A stretch of 34,702 bases of DNA from a virus: IMG/VR virus record IMGVR_UViG_3300025871_000002. One strand, written 5' to 3'. Under the pieces are notes generated by a model that was not told where the DNA came from, made no database searches, and saw only the letters and a list, made by a program, of their open reading frames with translations. The position numbers and the translations under genes were made by a program. Positions 20,918-30,461 of this stretch are shown piece after piece. How positions within the stretch are numbered: position 1 is the first letter of the stretch; each line of letters begins with the position of its first letter.

Positions 20918-23900
20918 ATGGCCTCACTTAGGGACCTGGCGGAAAGGATAAAGGCTTACTTTAACCCAACTTCAACCGTTGGACAAAATTTCTGGTCAAC
21001 ACCGGTGGCGCAGAGGTTAGGCCAGGCCCAACAAATAACCGAACCGATTTTGAAAACGGTACAGACAATCAATCAATACAACCCCTATGCCAGGATTGTA
21101 GAACCTATCGAGATGGGACTAGCCAAACAAATCGGGAGACCATTGGTAAATTACGGTAAGTTTATTGGGGCAGGTTTAATTCAACAACCTATTTTGGCAG
21201 CAACCAAAGGCAAAATAAATGTTCCCTTTTACTCGCCGCAGGAATTCGAAAAAGTAGCCACTCCTAAACAAGCGGCCCGGGAAGGAGTAAAGAACATTAC
21301 TGGAGCAGCATTATCGGCGACAAGTCTTTTCAGTCCAACAGCTATCGCTTATCGTGCTTTCCCCGCCATTTACGGAATTGGCTCGAAGCAAGGAATTGGC
21401 AAATCGATTGAAGAATTTGCTGGGCCAAGTAGGCTAATAGAAACACTTACCAAGAGTCCAGGGTTTGAAGAAACAAAAGTAGGGAAAGCGATTGACACAG
21501 CAGAGTTGTTAATTGGTCTAGTTCTTAATCGAGGGATTGATGACATGGTTATTACTGCTATCAAAAACAGGTTTGGTGCTTCTAGCAGGCTAACAAAGTT
21601 AATGGAAAAAGCACCGGCAATGGGGTTGACCGATGTTTCGCCGAATGTCTTTAAGATTCACCCGGAAGATCAGGACGTTATGGAAAGGTTCTATGATGCC
21701 GTTAAATTTAAAGGGAAAAGCAAACAACCATTGGGAGATTTAGGGAGGAGTGCTCAAGATATTGCCGAACACTATTTTGGGGCAAAGTGGCGCAATGTTT
21801 CCAATAAAAAGTTAGCCGATGCTTTTGCTTGGGCCTTGGATGTTAATCGGAATATACCCTTAGTGTCTAGGGGAAAACTCCCCAAACTTGGAATAATGGG
21901 ATTTACAGAAGGCCCCGTAGGTCGAGAAGGCCAAGCAATATCAAAGCTAGGATTAGGAGTTGGACAAGAAGTTCCCACCAAAATCGTTTCATCTGATTTT
22001 ACCAAAGTAGAAAATAAACCCCGATTAGGTATGCAATCGGAAATAGAATTACAAAAAGCCAAGGTTTTACCCGATCTTTCAGCACCGCCCAAATCATTAC
22101 CTGAATCACAAATAGGCCAAATAGAACGTAAGCCTTCATTACAAGATCAGCAAGCATTAAATGATATTATAGCACAAGGAAACAAACAAATCGGTTCGGC
22201 TACTGAGCAAGGCGGAAAATCACTTCGTCAGATGTTTAGCGACTTTTATACCCAATGGATTGACCGATATAACCCGATTGTTCAAGCCTCAAGAAAGGCG
22301 AAAGAAACCTTAAAAATTAAAGGGGCAGAGTTAAGGCCGGAATACGATCCGGAATATTTGGTAAGAAGGTTAACCGGAGCAGGGGGGATTGCCGACTATC
22401 GCTTCCAGACAGAACTTAACCCTATAATCAAGTCGATTGACCAAGCGGGGATTCCCAAGCTGGACCTAGACACTTACTTGGCTAACAAAAGGATTGCCGG
22501 GTTTGGAGAGATTGGCCGAAAGATCAAAGGAGCCGACCCGGAGCAGGCGAGACAGATTGTAACAGCGATTGAGGCAAAATATCCCCAAATCGGCCAGATT
22601 GCCCAAAGCCTCTACGACTACCAGAACAAAGGCTTTCAGGAGATGATCGACGCCGGTTTCCTTTCCGAAGATACCGCTAAACTTATTCGCCAGCAAAATC
22701 CCGACTATTCGCCGTTAAAGAGAGTCATGGACGAAGTCAACGACTATCTTGGGTTACCGACCAGAAAGACAATGCAAGGAACGCAACCGATCTTCAAGAT
22801 CAAGGGTTCGGAAAGAAAGATCGAATCTCCACTAGAATCAATTATCGGAAATACTTTTAGTCAAAGGGCGGCGATAGAGAAGAATCGGGTCGCCAGGTCG
22901 ATTGTCGGGCTTCAGAATATAGCACCAGAATTAGGTTTCAAGAAAGTCGGGTCGGCAGGATCGGACACCATCACGGTTTGGCAAAACGGGAAGAAAGAGT
23001 ATTGGCGGGTCGGGAGCGAGATTGCTGAGGTAGCTAAAGGAGTAAACGAGGAGGCGATGAATCTGGTTCTTAAAATCATCAAAGCCCCTGCTTCGATACT
23101 AAGACAGGGAGCGACCGGTCGTAACCCGGAGTTTATGATTCCTAATGTCGTTAGAGATCAACTGGACGCCGGGATTTCTTCAAAATACGGTTATATTCCT
23201 TTTGTTGATTATGTAAGCGGTCTTTGGTCTATGTTAACTAATGATGAGGTTTACCAAAAATGGCAGAAGTCGGGAGCAAAGATTGATTTAGGCGAATTAT
23301 CGGGCAAAAAGTCAATTAAGGCCATGTTTGACGAGAAAACCAGCAAAAAGAATTTGTTTAGTTGGCTTAGTTCAGGATTGAATATTCTCGGTAGGTATTC
23401 GGAACAGCCGACAAGGGTTGGATTGTTCAAAAAAGCCTACGAAAAAACCGGTAACGAGTTATTGGCGGCGGTGGAGTCGAGGGACGCTACCGTTGACTTT
23501 GCCCGCATGGGGTCAAAAATGAAAGTAGCCAACTCAATTATTCCTTTCCTTAACGTTGGCGTTCAAGGATTCGACAAACTTATCCGCGCCGTCAAAGACA
23601 ACCCCTTTAGAGTTCTAATAACGGCGGGTATTTATGGAGTATTACCCCAGATAACCTCAACCATTTACAACCTGCAAAACTTCCCGGAGGAATACAAAGA
23701 GATTCCCCAATATGAGAAAGACAGCAACTTTGTCTTGGTTAAAGGGAGAAACAGCAAGGGAACCGTCGATTACATTACTATTCCCAAAGGGAACATTGTT
23801 CCGATCGTTGCTAATCCCGTCCAATCATTTTTAGATTATCTTTACAAAACCGACAGCCAGTCTTTTTATAACATGGCTATGAACGTTATGTCCGACACGC

Positions 23901-24946
23901 TCCCAATACTGGGGCAGGGTTCAAGTCTCAAGGAAATCGGCCTCAAAACTATCGGAGGCAACCTTCCCCAAGCAATTAAACCAATTACGGAAAACCTTAT
24001 CAATAAATCTTTCTGGAAATACAACCCCAACAAAGAACAGGCAAAAGAGATTGTTCCTTCTTATTTGCAGGCCCGGCCTGCTTATTTGCAAAAATACGCT
24101 TTTACGCCCAAGATGTATCAAACAATCGGAGCAGTTCTAAACGTCTCTCCGCTTCAGGTTCAGAATTTAATGGAAGGTTACTTGGCCGGATACGTTAAAA
24201 TCCCCGCCCAGATTATTGATATGCTTTACCAATCATCGAGAAATGAACCAGTTAATCCAAACAACAAAACTATTTTAAGAAGGTTTATAAAGGAAACTTA
24301 TCCTTCAAGTGGTTACCAACCGGTTCAAAAACCGCCGGGACCAGGATTAATTGAAAGAATTACCAGTCAAGTCGAAGCGGCCGGGAAAGGGACAGCGATG
24401 AGTCCGGCGATGGAGAAATATGCGATTGAGGATAAAAAGTACGAAATGAGATCGAAAAAATTAAAAACCGCCGAGGTAAACGGCAAGGTCCTCTACACAA
24501 AAGAGAATGGCGACATAAGGGTGATCGATCCCGCGTTCCAACCAACACCACCAAAAATTACCGGCTTGACCGAGTTAGATAAGAAATCAATCTCCAGGTT
24601 TAATGGAGAAATAACCCAAAAAGCGAATGATATTTACGATCTGTACAGGGCAGGCAAAATAAGTGTTGAAGAAGCCGATAGACAACTTACCGACCTAAAG
24701 GGACTTAAGGAGAAATATGCCGCCCCCAAGAAGGCCAAGAAACCCGCGAAGATCACCATTAGGAAAGTGTCCGTTCCTAAAACCAACATCAAGATTAAGA
24801 AAGCCGGAGCTTTGAAACTTAAAAAAGCGCCGGTAACCAAAGTAACCAAGATTAAACCCAAAAGCATTAAAATCGCCACTACCAAGTATAAATTGCCCAA
24901 AGCCAAGAAAATTAAGGGCTTGACGAAAGGGATAAAAATAGTATAA
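20918..24946 (+). CDS. Giant virion-associated protein (1342 aa), probably an internal/ejection or polyvalent protein
   Basis: Largest ORF, located in the tail module of a genome with no tape-measure, tube or sheath genes. The last ~100 aa are Lys-rich (KKAKKPAKITIRK...KIKKAGALKLKK...KAKKIKGLTKGIKIV). Confidence 0.65.
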   Translation: MASLRDLAERIKAYFNPTSTVGQNFWSTPVAQRLGQAQQITEPILKTVQTINQYNPYARIVEPIEMGLAKQIGRPLVNYGKFIGAGLIQQPILAATKGKINVPFYSPQEFEKVATPKQAAREGVKNITGAALSATSLFSPTAIAYRAFPAIYGIGSKQGIGKSIEEFAGPSRLIETLTKSPGFEETKVGKAIDTAELLIGLVLNRGIDDMVITAIKNRFGASSRLTKLMEKAPAMGLTDVSPNVFKIHPEDQDVMERFYDAVKFKGKSKQPLGDLGRSAQDIAEHYFGAKWRNVSNKKLADAFAWALDVNRNIPLVSRGKLPKLGIMGFTEGPVGREGQAISKLGLGVGQEVPTKIVSSDFTKVENKPRLGMQSEIELQKAKVLPDLSAPPKSLPESQIGQIERKPSLQDQQALNDIIAQGNKQIGSATEQGGKSLRQMFSDFYTQWIDRYNPIVQASRKAKETLKIKGAELRPEYDPEYLVRRLTGAGGIADYRFQTELNPIIKSIDQAGIPKLDLDTYLANKRIAGFGEIGRKIKGADPEQARQIVTAIEAKYPQIGQIAQSLYDYQNKGFQEMIDAGFLSEDTAKLIRQQNPDYSPLKRVMDEVNDYLGLPTRKTMQGTQPIFKIKGSERKIESPLESIIGNTFSQRAAIEKNRVARSIVGLQNIAPELGFKKVGSAGSDTITVWQNGKKEYWRVGSEIAEVAKGVNEEAMNLVLKIIKAPASILRQGATGRNPEFMIPNVVRDQLDAGISSKYGYIPFVDYVSGLWSMLTNDEVYQKWQKSGAKIDLGELSGKKSIKAMFDEKTSKKNLFSWLSSGLNILGRYSEQPTRVGLFKKAYEKTGNELLAAVESRDATVDFARMGSKMKVANSIIPFLNVGVQGFDKLIRAVKDNPFRVLITAGIYGVLPQITSTIYNLQNFPEEYKEIPQYEKDSNFVLVKGRNSKGTVDYITIPKGNIVPIVANPVQSFLDYLYKTDSQSFYNMAMNVMSDTLPILGQGSSLKEIGLKTIGGNLPQAIKPITENLINKSFWKYNPNKEQAKEIVPSYLQARPAYLQKYAFTPKMYQTIGAVLNVSPLQVQNLMEGYLAGYVKIPAQIIDMLYQSSRNEPVNPNNKTILRRFIKETYPSSGYQPVQKPPGPGLIERITSQVEAAGKGTAMSPAMEKYAIEDKKYEMRSKKLKTAEVNGKVLYTKENGDIRVIDPAFQPTPPKITGLTELDKKSISRFNGEITQKANDIYDLYRAGKISVEEADRQLTDLKGLKEKYAAPKKAKKPAKITIRKVSVPKTNIKIKKAGALKLKKAPVTKVTKIKPKSIKIATTKYKLPKAKKIKGLTKGIKIV

Positions 24947-24985
24947 TTAGTAAAGGATAGCCCATACCTATTGAATGTTAGGAGA

Positions 24986-25014
24986 AGGCAGGCCTTATTG
25001 GCCTGTCTTTTTTT
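24986..25014 (+). terminator. Rho-independent terminator after the 1342-aa gene
   Basis: aggcaggcc / ttatt / ggcctgtct (one G-U pair), followed by a T7 run. Confidence 0.75.
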
Positions 25015-25034
25015 GTGGTTTAAAAGGAGGAAAT

Positions 25035-25712
25035 ATGGCAAAAGTTATTTCAACGTTGAACGATGCAATCAACTACCTCAACACTCTTTACGAGTCCGAC
25101 AGCCAGCCGCCGACCAGTGGCGACGAGGACTTTATCGTTTGGACAAACCTCTTTAATCTCGCTATCTCGCTTTGGGAAAAAGAGGAAGGTGTTTTATGGA
25201 GGGAATTATTTGTCGAGTTGGCCGACGCCGCCGATGGGGGCAAAACCACCGACGGGACCAACAGCTACCAGCTTCCTTCCGACTTCCGGTTCCCGGCTTC
25301 CGGCTATGTCTGGGTCGGAGAGGGTAACGGCAAACCCCCCCACAAAGTCATCAGGCCGCAGGACAAGCAGCTTTATGAGAACAATACCGATAACTGGTGC
25401 TACTTTTTGGCAGACAAGACGCCGACCTTGGAGTTCAACCCTAATTTAAATATGTCGACCGGCGAGACAATCAACTATATGTATTACAAAAACGCCAGCA
25501 AGGTCAGCGGCGGAACGGATACTTTCGAAATGTCCGATCCGATGTTCGTCGTTTACTACGCCCTTTCGGAGTTAAAGAAAGACGAAGGCGACGACTCGGC
25601 GGCGGCGATTGCCAGCCAGAAACTTGAAGCGATGAAAGCCTTAAATATGATGCCCGCCTGGTACCAGACCGAGGCGATAGTCAACAAAACGGAGGACGGG
25701 TTTGGCCTATGA
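25035..25712 (+). CDS. Virion structural protein (225 aa), possibly an adaptor or head-tail joining protein
   Basis: SD aaaggagg lies before ATG 25035; the track start at 24975 lies inside the terminator. ATGA overlap with the next gene. Confidence 0.5.
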   Translation: MAKVISTLNDAINYLNTLYESDSQPPTSGDEDFIVWTNLFNLAISLWEKEEGVLWRELFVELADAADGGKTTDGTNSYQLPSDFRFPASGYVWVGEGNGKPPHKVIRPQDKQLYENNTDNWCYFLADKTPTLEFNPNLNMSTGETINYMYYKNASKVSGGTDTFEMSDPMFVVYYALSELKKDEGDDSAAAIASQKLEAMKALNMMPAWYQTEAIVNKTEDGFGL

Positions 25713-27751
25713 AAATTCCTTCAAGCCGATCAAAAGCCAGGGCGATTACCCTCACGATAGACAGTTTTAAGGGGGGGACGAACACCCTGATGGATGAGGC
25801 GCGGATGCCTGCCTATTTTGCGGTGCAGAGCAATAACCTAATGCAAACCGCCGACTCGGTTTGGAAAACAAGATGGGGGACGGCCGAATACGGGGCCGAA
25901 CACGCCTCCACGATTGACGGAGCATCGGAGTACCTTAAAGCAGACGGGACAACCGAGTTAATCACCATCTCCAATGGCAAGGCTTACAAATCAGTCGACG
26001 GGGGAGCCTTGACGGAAATCTCCGGGGCAACCTTTACTCCCGGTTACCAATGCTACTTTTTACAAATGGGCGGTTATGATTCTTCCAACAACTATTGGAA
26101 CTATTTGTATATTGCCAATGGGAAAGACACCCTGGCCCGGTATGACGGGAACGATATTCATACCTATTCCGCCCTGGAAGCCCCGAAGAACCTAACCGCT
26201 TCTTTGGTGGCTTCGGGACTTTCCAGCGGAACTTTCACTTACTATGCCGAAGTCACCGCTTTAAACGATGTCGGGGAGACCATCGGCTCAAACGAGGCCT
26301 CAATTACTTGTAACAAAGAAAGGGAGAATTGGATCGCCGACACCGACAAGGGAATTTCCTGGCGTTGGGATGCGGTTGCCGGAGCCAGCCGTTATCAACT
26401 TTATCTTGACAGCGAGGCGGGGCACGAAGCCCTGTTGGTTTCGGTTCCCGGCACATCAACCGATTTTACCGACGACGGTTCATTGGATATTAACCCCTAT
26501 GTTACCCCTCCGGAGCAAAATACCACTCCCGCCCCGAAGTTTAAGTCAATGTGTGTTTCAGGGAATAGGATATGGGCGACTAACGACCCCGGTTCCCGAT
26601 ATACGGTTTACTTTTCCGGAACCGGACGCCAAATTGGCAACTTCTCTGACTTTTATGGTGGGGGTTGGATTAACTTGGAAAAGGGCGGTCGGGAAATACC
26701 CGTAGCGGTCAAACACTACCAAACCGGGGCGGGTGAAGGTAGGTTGACGGTTCTTTGCAAGACACCAGACGGCCACGGTGCTGTTTGGCAAATAGTTATT
26801 GCCGACGCGACAGTCGGCGACTCTCACTTTTCTATCCCTTCCGCCATCAAGGTTTTCGGTTCTTTCGGCACGGAATCCATCTTGGGAGTGGTGGCGACCG
26901 ACAACGACATCGCCTTCCCTAATCGCAAAGGCTGGTTCACCCTCGGCCCGGAGAGGAACTTTTACGGAATTCTAAGGACCTCAGAACGATCATCGAACAT
27001 AAGGCCGTATTGGCGCAATCTTATAAGCAAGAAAATCGGGGATATTGCCGCTTACTTTTACGACGCCAAAATCTTCATCTCCGTCCCGACTTCCACTACG
27101 GGCAACAATAGGATAATTGTTTACGACACTGAGAGGTCTAATTGGGCGGTTGACTGGACAATCGGCGCCAAGCAGTTTTTGGAATACACCGACACCGGCA
27201 ATAAGACACGCCTTCTTTGTGTGCCGCCTTCGGGCAAAAGAATGGTTGAGATTTCCGAGAATATAATGAATGACAAAGGGATTCCTTTCCACCAGTCCTA
27301 TATTTCCCCGCTTTTGCCGGTTTCCAAGACCAAGACCGACATTATGAATTTAAAAGAGGCGATTGTCGAACTTGCCAAACCCAAGGGGGCAATTAACTTT
27401 TCCGTCCTGGGGTTAAGCAAGGACAACAGCTTTGCGACTTTGGCCAGCCGGACAATTACCAGCTTTGCCGCCGATACGGGAGTCGGGGTCGACTTGCTTT
27501 CTGGCACGTTCCTGACTTCCACCTGCGACAACGCCAGCGGCGGCGAGGACCTATGGGAGGTTATTTTTACCAAGACGCCAACAACCTATGCCCAGGCGAC
27601 CACCAAGGTCGCAATAAGGAAAAGGGCGAAGGTCTACGCTCTCCAATTCAAAGTTTCTTCTTCAACCGCAAACACCGACTTTACTATTTTGAATTTACAG
27701 GCAAAGGGGACACTCGTTCCGAGAAGGTTACCCAGCGCCTGGCTAAGCTAA
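25709..27751 (+). CDS. Tail structural protein (680 aa) with an Fn3-like module
   Basis: EAPKNLTASLV...GISWRWDAVAGASRYQLYLD...VSVPGTSTDFTDDG (about 26180-26470) fits the fibronectin type III pattern. Size and position suit a tail tubular, nozzle or baseplate-like protein. Confidence 0.6.
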   Translation: MKIPSSRSKARAITLTIDSFKGGTNTLMDEARMPAYFAVQSNNLMQTADSVWKTRWGTAEYGAEHASTIDGASEYLKADGTTELITISNGKAYKSVDGGALTEISGATFTPGYQCYFLQMGGYDSSNNYWNYLYIANGKDTLARYDGNDIHTYSALEAPKNLTASLVASGLSSGTFTYYAEVTALNDVGETIGSNEASITCNKERENWIADTDKGISWRWDAVAGASRYQLYLDSEAGHEALLVSVPGTSTDFTDDGSLDINPYVTPPEQNTTPAPKFKSMCVSGNRIWATNDPGSRYTVYFSGTGRQIGNFSDFYGGGWINLEKGGREIPVAVKHYQTGAGEGRLTVLCKTPDGHGAVWQIVIADATVGDSHFSIPSAIKVFGSFGTESILGVVATDNDIAFPNRKGWFTLGPERNFYGILRTSERSSNIRPYWRNLISKKIGDIAAYFYDAKIFISVPTSTTGNNRIIVYDTERSNWAVDWTIGAKQFLEYTDTGNKTRLLCVPPSGKRMVEISENIMNDKGIPFHQSYISPLLPVSKTKTDIMNLKEAIVELAKPKGAINFSVLGLSKDNSFATLASRTITSFAADTGVGVDLLSGTFLTSTCDNASGGEDLWEVIFTKTPTTYAQATTKVAIRKRAKVYALQFKVSSSTANTDFTILNLQAKGTLVPRRLPSAWLS

Positions 27752-27767
27752 AAGGGGGTGAGCAAAT

Positions 27768-28856
27768 ATGGCAGCAGAATCAAGCGATTTATTTAAAAAA
27801 GTCTCACGGCGTTGGGTGGGGCAGATCGGAGCCGGCGGGGTTGCCGACAGTGTGGCGACAACCGTTCCTCTTTCTTCTACCACCAACCTGCCGACTGACA
27901 CCGCCGTTGCTATTGTAATCGATCGGGTTGACGCAAGCGGGACGCCAACGCCGACCCTTGAGGAAACCGTTGTCGGAGTCGTTTCGGGCAACAATTTGGT
28001 GGATTGTCTGCGGGGAGTGGAAGGAACCGCCCAGGCGCATAGCGCCGGAGCGGTGGCGGAAGTGCTTTGGACAGCAGCCAATGTTAACGATTTAGTTGAC
28101 GGGATTTTAGTTGAACATAATCAAGCAGGTGGACACACGGATATAACCGCATCTCAAGTGTCAACGGATGTAATCGCCGAAAGAACCTCGGCATCAGGAG
28201 TAACGGTAGATGGGTTGCTGATTAAAGATGGTGGGTTGACCAATTGGGACGGCTGGATGTTTGCCAATGAAACTTGGACTTATGCCTCAGCGACAACAAT
28301 TACAGTTCCAAGCGGGGCGGCTTCTAAGTATCAAAAAGGAGACAAAATTAAACTTACTCAAAGTGCCTCAGTCAAGTATTTTTATATTATTGGAGTAGCT
28401 GACACGGTTTTAACAGTTACTGGCGGAAGTGATTATACAGTGGCTGATGCAGCAATCTCGACTAATTTTTATTCTCATCAAGAAAATCCATTGGGATTTC
28501 CCGGAGTGTTCAACTGGACACCCGTCTTTACTGGTTTCTCGTCTAGTCCAACAGGAGGGGTAGCCACGTTCAGGCTTCAGGGGAAAATGTGCACGGTTAT
28601 TTTCGGCAAATGGAGCAATGAAACTTCAAATGCTACCGTTTTTCAAATAACACTACCGATTGCCGCCGAAAAAAATCTAGACGCAATCGGACAGTGTACC
28701 GTTTATGATGCAACTGTCGCCCAAGCAGGACCCGGACATATGGCAACAACTGCCGGAAGTTTGACCCTTTCTCTTTACAAGTCCTTTTATCAAACGGCTT
28801 GGACAAATTCCGGATTGAAAAGCTCTACTTTTATTTTTACTTACGAGATTGATTAG
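27768..28856 (+). CDS. Tail fibre / receptor-binding protein (362 aa)
   Basis: Last structural gene before the lysis genes. The N-terminus GVEGTAQAHSAGAVAEVLWTAANVNDLVDGILVEHNQAGGH is typical of phage fibre N-terminal domains. The C-terminus is beta-rich. Confidence 0.6.
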   Translation: MAAESSDLFKKVSRRWVGQIGAGGVADSVATTVPLSSTTNLPTDTAVAIVIDRVDASGTPTPTLEETVVGVVSGNNLVDCLRGVEGTAQAHSAGAVAEVLWTAANVNDLVDGILVEHNQAGGHTDITASQVSTDVIAERTSASGVTVDGLLIKDGGLTNWDGWMFANETWTYASATTITVPSGAASKYQKGDKIKLTQSASVKYFYIIGVADTVLTVTGGSDYTVADAAISTNFYSHQENPLGFPGVFNWTPVFTGFSSSPTGGVATFRLQGKMCTVIFGKWSNETSNATVFQITLPIAAEKNLDAIGQCTVYDATVAQAGPGHMATTAGSLTLSLYKSFYQTAWTNSGLKSSTFIFTYEID

Positions 28857-28884
28857 TCGGAAGTCAAAGAGACTAAGGAATGAG

Positions 28885-29151
28885 ATGAAAAAAAAAGAAA
28901 CACCAAAAAAATTCATTCTTCAAAACTTTGTCTGGTTGGCAGGGGTGGTCATGGCTATTCTTAATTTGTGGTTGGCTTCTCGCCTTGCTCCTCTGTCTGA
29001 AAGTATTATCGTGATTAACCAAAAGGTGGAAGCGATTGAGAATAACGCCAATACTTGTGTTACCAGAAACGAATTTGTCCTGATAGGAGAAAGGTTGGAC
29101 AGGATTCAAACTAGTCTAAATGATTTAGTCAAACTACACCTTAAACAATGA
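28885..29151 (+). CDS. Membrane-anchored coiled-coil protein (holin-like or i-spanin-like, 88 aa)
   Basis: SD aagga lies before ATG 28885. Basic N-terminus, one TM (FVWLAGVVMAILNLWLASRL), then a helical ectodomain. ATGA overlap with the endolysin gene. Confidence 0.5.
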   Translation: MKKKETPKKFILQNFVWLAGVVMAILNLWLASRLAPLSESIIVINQKVEAIENNANTCVTRNEFVLIGERLDRIQTSLNDLVKLHLKQ

Positions 29152-30134
29152 AACTACCGATTGAGTCTATTAGTCAAAGAGATCCCCGGTGGAAGGATAT
29201 TAAACTGGGAACCTCTACCACTTCAACCATCGGCGGGTATGGTTGTCTTTTGTGTTGTCACTCAATGATGCTCCGCTATTACAAGCACGACTTACTCCCC
29301 GATGCCCTGAATACACTTTATAAGAACAATGGTGTTTACCAGGATGCCAGTTTGATTAACTACTGGAAAATCCCGGCGGTCTTTTCCGACATCGCCTGCC
29401 CGCCTGACGGTTTTGTCCAATGCCCGGATACTCCGGCCCCTCTTTCGGTTATTGATACTTACCTGGAAAAGAAGATGCCGGTGATTGCTCTGGTTGATTT
29501 TGACAAAACCCAAGGGGGCCTTCAATCGCACTTTGTTTTGATAATCGGCAAAGATATTAACGACTACTTTTGCAATGATCCATGGACGGGCGAGACTTAC
29601 TATTTCTCGGCGGTCTACGGCCAACCCGCCCAGGGGATTTATGGCCTGAGACTTTACCAAGGCCCGGTAGTTATAGAGGAGGATAACTACAAGGTCGTTT
29701 ACAAAGGCCAGATATTGGCAACTTATGAAAGAAATCCGATTGACAAAATTAACGAACTCGATCAGCAACTTAAATCAGCTAAGGAAAACCTGGCTCAGGA
29801 AATTCAGAACAACGCAGCGTTACAGTCGGCTCTTACTCAACAGGAACAGACTGAAAAAGATTTGCTGGAAATTATTAGAAGGGTAGAAAAAGAAAGAGAT
29901 GATGTCATTATTGCCAAAAAAGAAGTAATTGACTGGAGCAAAGACCTCTTGGGGATAGATATATCTAGCATAGAGGCAGTCCGCGGCCTTTCTAGGGCAT
30001 TACAGAGCCTCACAGCCTCGGAATTAGAGGCCAAAAGGGAAATTGAAAGGTTAAAACAGCTTTTTGATTATGAAGTTTTGTTAAAATTCGGTTCTTTGTT
30101 TTTAGGAAAAGCAAAAGGAGGTGAGGAGAAATGA
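29148..30134 (+). CDS. Endolysin candidate: N-terminal papain-fold cysteine peptidase (C39-like) plus a C-terminal coiled coil
   Basis: ISQRDPRWKDIKLGTSTTSTIGGYGCLLCCHSMMLRYY (Q..d.rW...i...GC...s.aM pattern), with later H and D residues (SHFVLIIG, NDPW). The second half is Q/E/K-rich heptad-like sequence. Confidence 0.65.
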   Translation: MKLPIESISQRDPRWKDIKLGTSTTSTIGGYGCLLCCHSMMLRYYKHDLLPDALNTLYKNNGVYQDASLINYWKIPAVFSDIACPPDGFVQCPDTPAPLSVIDTYLEKKMPVIALVDFDKTQGGLQSHFVLIIGKDINDYFCNDPWTGETYYFSAVYGQPAQGIYGLRLYQGPVVIEEDNYKVVYKGQILATYERNPIDKINELDQQLKSAKENLAQEIQNNAALQSALTQQEQTEKDLLEIIRRVEKERDDVIIAKKEVIDWSKDLLGIDISSIEAVRGLSRALQSLTASELEAKREIERLKQLFDYEVLLKFGSLFLGKAKGGEEK

Positions 30135-30355
30135 AAAAGATAAAAAGAGAAGTTAAAAGACTTTGGGAAATTTCGCCGAAAGAGTTGAAGGTTTTGTTGT
30201 ATGTAGCAATAGCGGCGGCGTTGGAAGCGGTTGCCAAAGAATTGAACGCTGATTTTTTCAAATTTATTCCGGAGATTTACAGAGTGGCGGCTTACAACCT
30301 TGTGGTGGTGTTTTTGGTAGAAATGGCCAAAAGACTTAAAACGGCACGGAAGTAA
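30131..30355 (+). CDS. Two-TM small membrane protein (holin candidate, 74 aa)
   Basis: Hydrophobic segments VLLYVAIAAALEAVA and VAAYNLVVVFLVEMA with a basic C-terminus. ATGA overlap with the endolysin gene. Confidence 0.5.
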   Translation: MKKIKREVKRLWEISPKELKVLLYVAIAAALEAVAKELNADFFKFIPEIYRVAAYNLVVVFLVEMAKRLKTARK

Positions 30356-30461
30356 AAAAGAGCGAGGGGTGATTCACCTTAAGTGGATTTACAGTTGTAG
30401 CCTGTCCTCTCGCTTATATCTATTATAACACGGGTTAGCAAATAATTTAAAAGAGTGCTAA

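Noticed and set aside
20062-28081. Minus-strand and off-frame ORFs in the tail module (for example 20062..20292, 20463..20750, 21772..22092, 24634..25041, 25063..25449, 26268..26705, 26990..27292, 27298..27573, 27553..27918, 27743..28081, 27804..28040)
   Set aside because: They are embedded in long + strand structural ORFs and have no ribosome-binding sites. 24634..25041(-) additionally runs through the terminator at 24986-25014.
29292-29768. 158-aa minus-strand ORF antisense to the endolysin gene, plus 29837..30034(-), 30010..30261(-), 31091..31417(-), 32109..32306(-) and 33254..33526(-)
   Set aside because: They are antisense shadows. The + strand frames carry the peptidase, holin, intein and phosphoesterase motifs.
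30358-30415. Imperfect long-range stem (agcgagg ... cctctcgct) after the holin gene as a terminator
   Set aside because: The stem is bulged, the loop is about 40 nt and there is no T-run, so I cannot support it as an intrinsic terminator. I noted it only as possible structure upstream of dam.
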